From: Methanobacteriota archaeon | GTDB taxonomy: Archaea; Thermoplasmatota; Thermoplasmata; SG8-5; JAGLSY01 | Direction: 5' to 3' | Length of the DNA: 64,000 nucleotides | NCBI GenBank assembly: GCA_020697715.1 | Contig: JAEHCO010000002.1 | Coordinates: 1-64,000 of the forward strand | Shown: positions 58,294 through 64,000 of the stretch, one piece after another | How the letters are laid out: the number at the start of each line of letters is the position of its first letter | Position numbering within the stretch: the first letter of the stretch is position 1 | Notes under the pieces: model-generated | What the model saw: only the letters and a program-made list of their open reading frames with translations | The model's database searches: none | Told to the model about the DNA's origin: nothing | Made by a program: the position numbers and the translations under genes

Positions 58294-60078
58294 ATGGCAG
58301 TAAGTTATCAGAACAAGTATCTTTCAATTGATTTGACGAATGGCACAGTGGAAACAGGGGAGCCAGACCCCGCCGAGCTGGAGAAATTCCTCGGCGGTAA
58401 GGGACTTGGATTATCCCTACTCTGCAAGCTGGACGAGAGCAAGGACGCGCTCGATCCTGGCAATCCATTGATATTCCTAACTGGCCCGCTCACAGGCACG
58501 ACCATGACCACCTCAAACAGGTCATGTGTTGTCACCCGCTCTCCACTCACAGGTGGCTTTCTGGACTCTCATGCTGGTGGTAAATACGGGACTGCGATCA
58601 AGGGCGCTGGCTATGATTATATTATTATCAAAGGCAAGTCCGACAAACCTGTTTATATCCATGTGACACCCGAAGGCACAGAGATACTGGATGCCGATGG
58701 ATTGTGGGGGAAAGGATGCTTCGAGACAGAGGATATTATCAAGGAAAGCCATCCAAAGGCCGAGATAGCCAGCATAGGGCCAGCTGGCGAGAATCTTGTT
58801 CGCTTCGCCTGCATCAGTACTGACAAATCGCGCCAGTTCGGGCGCGGTGGCGCGGGGGCCGTCATGGGCTCGAAGAATCTTAAAGCACTTGTCATCGAGG
58901 GCAGGGAGCTGACAAATTATCACAATTCGGATAAGTTCAGGGAATTGTCAAAAGCCCTGACGAAAGACGTGCTGGCTCACCCCGGCAAGGTCAAGAGGCA
59001 TGACCTCGGCACCATGATGTGGGTGCGCATGGGGCATGAAGATGGGCGTTTCCTGCCAACACGCAATTTCCAGAAGGGGCAATTCGATGAATATGAAAAG
59101 ATCACATCCGAGGCCATGAAAAAAGAGCTCGGAGGGTGGAAGAACACTGGATGTTTCAATTGCGCCATCCAGTGCTCGAAGGTTGCCATATGGGATGGCT
59201 ATGAGTTCGAGGGGCCAGAATACGAGACAACGGCCTATCTTGGATCAGGTTGCGAGATTGGGGATGCCAAGGCGGTGGCGAAGGCCAATTACATGTGCGA
59301 TGATCTTGGACTGGATACGATCTCAGCAGGCGTGACTATCTCATTCGCAATGGAGGCCGCGGATAAAGGATTATTATCCGATGAGGACAATGCCAGCATC
59401 AAATTTGGAAGTATAGAAAGCCTGCATGAGACCCTACGGAAGATCGCATATCGGGAAGGCATTGGCGACATACTGGCCGAGGGCACACGCCTTGCCTCGA
59501 GGAAGATAGGTAAGGGCAGTGAGTATTTCGCCATCCAGATAGGCGGAATGGAACTGAGCGGTGTGAACCCATTGGGCAGTTATTCCATGGCACTGGCACT
59601 GGCGACATCCGATTTTGCAAGCCATACAAGATTATGGAGCTGCTCGGATGAGATGGCGGGCAATCTGGAACTGGATACACTGCCGAATTATATTGCGGCT
59701 GGCCAGGATGATGTCAATATTCGAAATTGCTTGATAGCCTGTGATTTCTTACCCTTCGGTCTAGATAGACTAGCTCCTCTGGTTGAGGAAGCCACTGGTT
59801 TCAATACCACGAAGGAAAGCCTGCTTGCTATTGGGGAGAGGGTGCACAATCTGGCCAGGGAATACAATATGAGAACTGGACGGACTCATGATGACGACAT
59901 CTTGCCAGGTAGATTTCATGAAGAGGAATCTATCGCGGGCTTGATGGAAGGACAAAGAATTCCGAGGGAACTCTTCGAAAGCCAGCTTCAAGATTATTAC
60001 AAGCTCAGGGGCTGGGATGAGAAAGGCAGGCCGACCAGGGAGACCTTGGAAAAGGTTCATCTTGGCTCGTATATCTGA
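58294..60078 (+). CDS. aor: Tungsten-type aldehyde:ferredoxin oxidoreductase family protein
   Basis: LGGKGLG, SPLTG..DSH.GG, SIGPAGEN, GRGG.GAVMGSKNLKA, C..C...C, EYET, GLDTIS, YY.LRGWD. Confidence 0.93.
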   Translation: MAVSYQNKYLSIDLTNGTVETGEPDPAELEKFLGGKGLGLSLLCKLDESKDALDPGNPLIFLTGPLTGTTMTTSNRSCVVTRSPLTGGFLDSHAGGKYGTAIKGAGYDYIIIKGKSDKPVYIHVTPEGTEILDADGLWGKGCFETEDIIKESHPKAEIASIGPAGENLVRFACISTDKSRQFGRGGAGAVMGSKNLKALVIEGRELTNYHNSDKFRELSKALTKDVLAHPGKVKRHDLGTMMWVRMGHEDGRFLPTRNFQKGQFDEYEKITSEAMKKELGGWKNTGCFNCAIQCSKVAIWDGYEFEGPEYETTAYLGSGCEIGDAKAVAKANYMCDDLGLDTISAGVTISFAMEAADKGLLSDEDNASIKFGSIESLHETLRKIAYREGIGDILAEGTRLASRKIGKGSEYFAIQIGGMELSGVNPLGSYSMALALATSDFASHTRLWSCSDEMAGNLELDTLPNYIAAGQDDVNIRNCLIACDFLPFGLDRLAPLVEEATGFNTTKESLLAIGERVHNLAREYNMRTGRTHDDDILPGRFHEEESIAGLMEGQRIPRELFESQLQDYYKLRGWDEKGRPTRETLEKVHLGSYI

Positions 60079-60229
60079 GCTTGTTAGATATCCAGCACAG
60101 AGAATAATGCCTTTAGAGTTTGTGCATATCTCACAAAATATGAAAATGTAATTTTAATGTATGAATATTCGATATATTTATATATGAATAATACACAGCT
60201 TTATATACGCAATTGTCAATTCAGGCGCG

Positions 60230-60469
60230 ATGATGATCAGGGATGATTATTATGGACGGGAAAGTGACCATATTCTATTTGATATTGTAAAAGATCGTAT
60301 GCTTAGGTCCGATCTATCCCGTTCGGAGATACATCCTCGAATGGAAACAACCGAGATCGGCATGCTTTATCTGAAGTCTTTCTTGAACAATCTTGAAGAA
60401 AAGGGAATGGGAGACAAGGATTATTCTCTCGCATTGGCCAAGGCATTTTTATCATCTGTAGCCGCATAA
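60230..60469 (+). CDS. Hypothetical 79-aa protein
   Basis: TTTATATA box ~25 nt upstream (leaderless geometry); plausible helical protein. Confidence 0.5.
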   Translation: MMIRDDYYGRESDHILFDIVKDRMLRSDLSRSEIHPRMETTEIGMLYLKSFLNNLEEKGMGDKDYSLALAKAFLSSVAA

Positions 60470-60583
60470 GGACTATCTGGCCCTAAAGGTTATGGCTGTT
60501 ATTGTTCAAGACCATTATATTTAACAATAGTTCTTTAGTTAAAATTATATATCCTCCTGACTTCCCGCATCAAAGGTGATATC

Positions 60584-61630
60584 ATTACTCTCAAGATAGC
60601 GATAATTGGATGTGGCGTCGTAGGCCAGGGACTCATGAAGATACTTCGTGACAAGAAAGGATTTTTGACAGAAAAATATGGATTCGACGCAGAGGTCGTG
60701 GCCATATCGGACAAGTTCAAAGGCTCGATATTGGTCAAGGATGGAATTGACCTGGACGCCCTCATCAAGCACATGGAAAGCACCGGCAAGGTGGATGGAT
60801 TCGAGGCCACTGGAGCAATAACTGGCCTGGAGCCAATAGAGACCATCAGGCAGTCGGGAGCGGATATCATCGCGGAAGCATCTTTCACAGACATCAAAAC
60901 AGGCGAGCCAGCAACTTCCCATGTAAGAGAAGCATTGGGAAGTGGAAAGCATGTCGTGACGACGAACAAGGGTCCAGTCGCCTTGTTCGTAAGAGAGCTT
61001 GAGACATTGGCGAAACAGAACAATGTCCAGTTCAGATACGAGGGCGCGGTAATGTCCGGAACCCCGATCTTCAATCTTATCGAATTCTGCCTTGCTGGCA
61101 ATGACATAAAGGAAGTGAAAGGAATCCTCAATGGGACGACCAACTTCATCCTCACCAAGATGGAAGAGGATGATATGGCATATGAGGATGCACTGGCACT
61201 TGCTCAGAAGCTCGGATATGCAGAGGCTGATCCAACTGGCGATGTGGAAGGATATGATGCACTGGCCAAGGTCATGCAATTATCCAATATCGTTCTTGGT
61301 GGAAGTCTGACCGAGGGCGATATCGAGCGCGAGGGAATAACCGGAATAACATCCGATATGATCAAAGCCGCAGCTGCCGAGGGTATGAGATACAAGCTCA
61401 TTGGATCGACACGAAAAGAGGGCGATAAGATAATCGCCTACGTGAAACCAGTGAAGATGCCTCTCAGTGATCCACTGGCAGGAGTAGGCGGTGCGATAAA
61501 CGCCCTCACATTCAGTTGTGATCTATCTGGAGATGTCACCATCCAAGGGCCAGGAGCTGGTCAGATGGAGACTGGATTCGCATTGCTCATTGACATACTG
61601 GCCATCAACTCAGCTGTTAACTGTTGCTGA
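60584..61630 (+). CDS. hom: Homoserine dehydrogenase (apparent ATT start)
   Basis: IAIIGCGVVG Rossmann motif lies upstream of the first ATG (60635); HVVTTNKGP, YEGAV..GTP, GILNGTTNFIL, GYAEADP..DVEG.D, GPGAG..ET. Confidence 0.93.
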   Translation: MTLKIAIIGCGVVGQGLMKILRDKKGFLTEKYGFDAEVVAISDKFKGSILVKDGIDLDALIKHMESTGKVDGFEATGAITGLEPIETIRQSGADIIAEASFTDIKTGEPATSHVREALGSGKHVVTTNKGPVALFVRELETLAKQNNVQFRYEGAVMSGTPIFNLIEFCLAGNDIKEVKGILNGTTNFILTKMEEDDMAYEDALALAQKLGYAEADPTGDVEGYDALAKVMQLSNIVLGGSLTEGDIEREGITGITSDMIKAAAAEGMRYKLIGSTRKEGDKIIAYVKPVKMPLSDPLAGVGGAINALTFSCDLSGDVTIQGPGAGQMETGFALLIDILAINSAVNCC

Positions 61631-61764
61631 TCTTCGAGCACCAGGTATACCCCGTGTAAAATGAGAATCGTGCTTCGACCTCATATCTAATTAGAATTAC
61701 CTCAAATGAATTTAGGGTATAAGGTTATAAATATCAATAACTATCGTTAATTCGAGGAATGTGG

Positions 61765-62742
61765 ATGAAAATTCTGATAGTTGAAGATTATGAGCCATCT
61801 ATAGACAAGCTGGGAGCGATCTTGACCAAGGCAGGTCATAAAGTAATTTCTGCCAAGAATGGAAGTGATGGTCTCGATAAATACCGAAAGGACGTGTATG
61901 ATGTCGTGTTCATGGACTGGACACTCCCCGATATGGATGGAAACAGGCTTGCCAGTGATATGCGTGATACCGACACAATGAGACAGAGGAATTCCTATCT
62001 CATCATGACCACTGGTAGGAATAAAAAGCATGATATGTTGGAGGCCATGGAGGCTGGTATTGATGATTTCATGCTCAAGCCCTATGATAAGGCGGTTGTA
62101 ATATCCAGGTTGACCATTGCCAAGCAGATAATGGATGCCAGGGATGATAAGACAGCCGGAATCCCCGATATCATGGACATATTTGAGAAAGAACATGAGT
62201 TAGTCAGCAGGGTGACTGGCATAATGGAGATGACATTCAATATGCTGGATGAATCACGCCCCATTCCTGAAAAGCTTCTGACATGGTGCACATCCTCCGC
62301 TTTCCTCTTGGACTTCCAGGTCCATGAGAGGAAAGAGGATTTCTATATCGAAAGGTTCATCGAGAGAGCCAAGGAAGAACATGGCAAGACCTCGGAATTG
62401 TTTTCCAGATCGTCAATGGCACAGATAATGAAGGAACATGAGATAATCAAGAAGCTCCTCATAAACATGCAGAAGACCATTAAAGATAGGAATTCTGATG
62501 GGGAATTTGACATCCTGAAATTAAAGAAATTCATTGGCCAGTATGTGGAATTGATAAGATTACACAAGGCTCGTGAGGATGATATATTCTTTCCCTTCAC
62601 TATGAGATACCTAAATCCGGATGACATCAAGTATTTGGAAGATGAATTTCTGAAGATAGACGAGAAGGTGGGCATTGAAAAGATAGATGCCAGGATAAAG
62701 ACACTGGGTCATCTTGAGGACGTCCTCAAGATCGATGTTTGA
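61765..62742 (+). CDS. Response regulator receiver domain fused to a hemerythrin (HHE) domain
   Basis: KILIVED, DW.LPDMDG, T, AG.DDF..KP; EHE, H..KED, EHE, H..RED..F. Confidence 0.85.
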   Translation: MKILIVEDYEPSIDKLGAILTKAGHKVISAKNGSDGLDKYRKDVYDVVFMDWTLPDMDGNRLASDMRDTDTMRQRNSYLIMTTGRNKKHDMLEAMEAGIDDFMLKPYDKAVVISRLTIAKQIMDARDDKTAGIPDIMDIFEKEHELVSRVTGIMEMTFNMLDESRPIPEKLLTWCTSSAFLLDFQVHERKEDFYIERFIERAKEEHGKTSELFSRSSMAQIMKEHEIIKKLLINMQKTIKDRNSDGEFDILKLKKFIGQYVELIRLHKAREDDIFFPFTMRYLNPDDIKYLEDEFLKIDEKVGIEKIDARIKTLGHLEDVLKIDV

Positions 62743-62838
62743 GCCTATCCACGGTTTGAATATGCATTTATGCATCAATGCATTTATCAACCTCCACTTC
62801 CACTAATCGTTAAGTAAGATGGTGTATTTTCCAGTTCC

Positions 62839-63843
62839 ATGAAGGCCGACATCAATGGAAATATCGAGGATATCCGAGCAGTCTGGATGGAAGGAAAGAC
62901 CGTCCAGATGATAGAACAGCGTTTATTACCCCACAAGCTGGAGATATTCACTGCCAGGACCGTGGATGAAGTTTGTTATTCCATAAAGGACATGGTCACA
63001 CGTGGCGCACCAGCCATTGGTGTTACAGCGGCTTATGGAATGGCACTGGCTGTCCTCACAGGCGAGGATATTCAGGATGCGGCAAAAAGATTGAAGGCCA
63101 CACGACCCACGGCATACGACCTTTTCCATGCAGTGGATCTCATGTTGGACAAGTTGACAGATGGCGAGGAAGCCGTTTCAGCAGCCGAGGATTATGCGAA
63201 TCTCATAGTTGAAAAGTGCAGGCTCATTGGAGAATATGGCGAACCTCTCATACCAGATGGAGGGGTAGTTCTCACACATTGCAATGCTGGAGCACTGGCC
63301 ACCGTGGATCACGGAACCGCGCTCGCGCCTATGAGAGCCGCCCACAATAAAGGAAAGAAGATATTCGTATTCGCGGATGAAACGCGCCCCAGACTTCAGG
63401 GCGCGGCGCTGACATCCTGGGAACTGGTGCAGGAAGGCATTGACCATGCGATAATCGCGGATAATGCAGCAGGCCATTACATGCTGAGGAAAGAGATAGA
63501 CCTGTGCATAACAGGAGCGGACAGGATAACTGCCAATGGAGACTTTGCCAATAAGATCGGAACTTATGAAAAGGCGGTTGTGGCAAAGGAGAATGGAATA
63601 CCATTCTATGTCGCGGCTCCAGTCAGCACATTTGATTTCAGCCTGGCATCTGGTATGGACATTCCAATTGAAGAGCGGGATCAGGACGAAGTGCGAGTGG
63701 TCAATGGTGGGCTAATCTGCCACAAGGATGCCAAGGCCAGGAACCCTGCTTTCGATGTCACGCCAGCGAGATTTGTTGCTGGCTTCATAACCGAGATCGG
63801 TGTGCTGAAGCCGGATGAGATCGCTCGGTTGAAGCAGTCCTAA
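62839..63843 (+). CDS. mtnA: S-methyl-5-thioribose-1-phosphate isomerase (eIF2B-like family)
   Basis: RGAPAIG, RPTA, THCNAGALAT, ETRPRLQG, GADRI..NGD.ANKIGTY, NPAFDVTP. Confidence 0.92.
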   Translation: MKADINGNIEDIRAVWMEGKTVQMIEQRLLPHKLEIFTARTVDEVCYSIKDMVTRGAPAIGVTAAYGMALAVLTGEDIQDAAKRLKATRPTAYDLFHAVDLMLDKLTDGEEAVSAAEDYANLIVEKCRLIGEYGEPLIPDGGVVLTHCNAGALATVDHGTALAPMRAAHNKGKKIFVFADETRPRLQGAALTSWELVQEGIDHAIIADNAAGHYMLRKEIDLCITGADRITANGDFANKIGTYEKAVVAKENGIPFYVAAPVSTFDFSLASGMDIPIEERDQDEVRVVNGGLICHKDAKARNPAFDVTPARFVAGFITEIGVLKPDEIARLKQS

Positions 63844-63847
63844 TGCT

Positions 63848-64000
63848 TCAGAATTCAACTTGCATCAGTGCAAATGTATTTCCATCAGATGTCTCGATTG
63901 TGACACTCAATATTGTAACTGGGTCTATCGGCCTATCATTGGATGTTGGTACCTTGCTTATTTCATCGACGATATCCATTCCATCAACAACCATACCGAA
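63848..64000 (-). CDS. Cyclophilin-type peptidyl-prolyl isomerase, C-terminal part (runs off the right edge of the window)
   Basis: Manual translation FGMVVDGMDIVDEISKVPTSNDRPIDPVTILSVTIE... Confidence 0.85.
   Translation of the reverse strand, partial: FGMVVDGMDIVDEISKVPTSNDRPIDPVTILSVTIETSDGNTFALMQVEF

Overview
Core-chromosome window from an anaerobic archaeon, most likely an uncultured Thermoplasmata lineage (inferred from the archaeal 16S 5' end, GGTGA ribosome-binding sites, BRE/TATA promoters, PAN, MBF1, L10e, Sec61beta and archaeosortase-type tails). It begins in the 5' end of a minus-strand 16S rRNA gene. It contains hutI, four very large surface or membrane proteins, and a ~12 kb oxidative/nitrosative stress, Fe-S and iron-storage cluster (Lrp, hcp, ferredoxin, rubredoxin, fprA, tusA, dsrE, iscS, iscU, dfx, ferritin, three rubrerythrin-like genes, two peroxiredoxins, CDF). 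It also has tRNA-Asp and housekeeping genes (HMG-CoA reductase, pyrG, MBF1, pan, dus, rpl10e, FKBP, purM, purE, GMP synthase B, aor, hom, mtnA, cyclophilin). No CRISPR array, provirus or transposase was seen. The most notable observations are: (1) a 1.7k-aa protein with an HhH / acidic / zinc-ribbon / xxNG-repeat cytoplasmic part and two membrane anchors; (2) an IscS lacking the PLP lysine, co-encoded with TusA and DsrE; (3) a ~250-nt structured element with IS200/IS605-like end hairpins after rpl10e; (4) a tRNA-Asp leader holding direct and inverted copies of the tRNA 5' end; (5) two membrane proteins with Q/P/Y-rich tails; (6) an apparent ATT start codon for hom; (7) a receiver-hemerythrin fusion. 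All family assignments are by eye from motifs; no searches were run.
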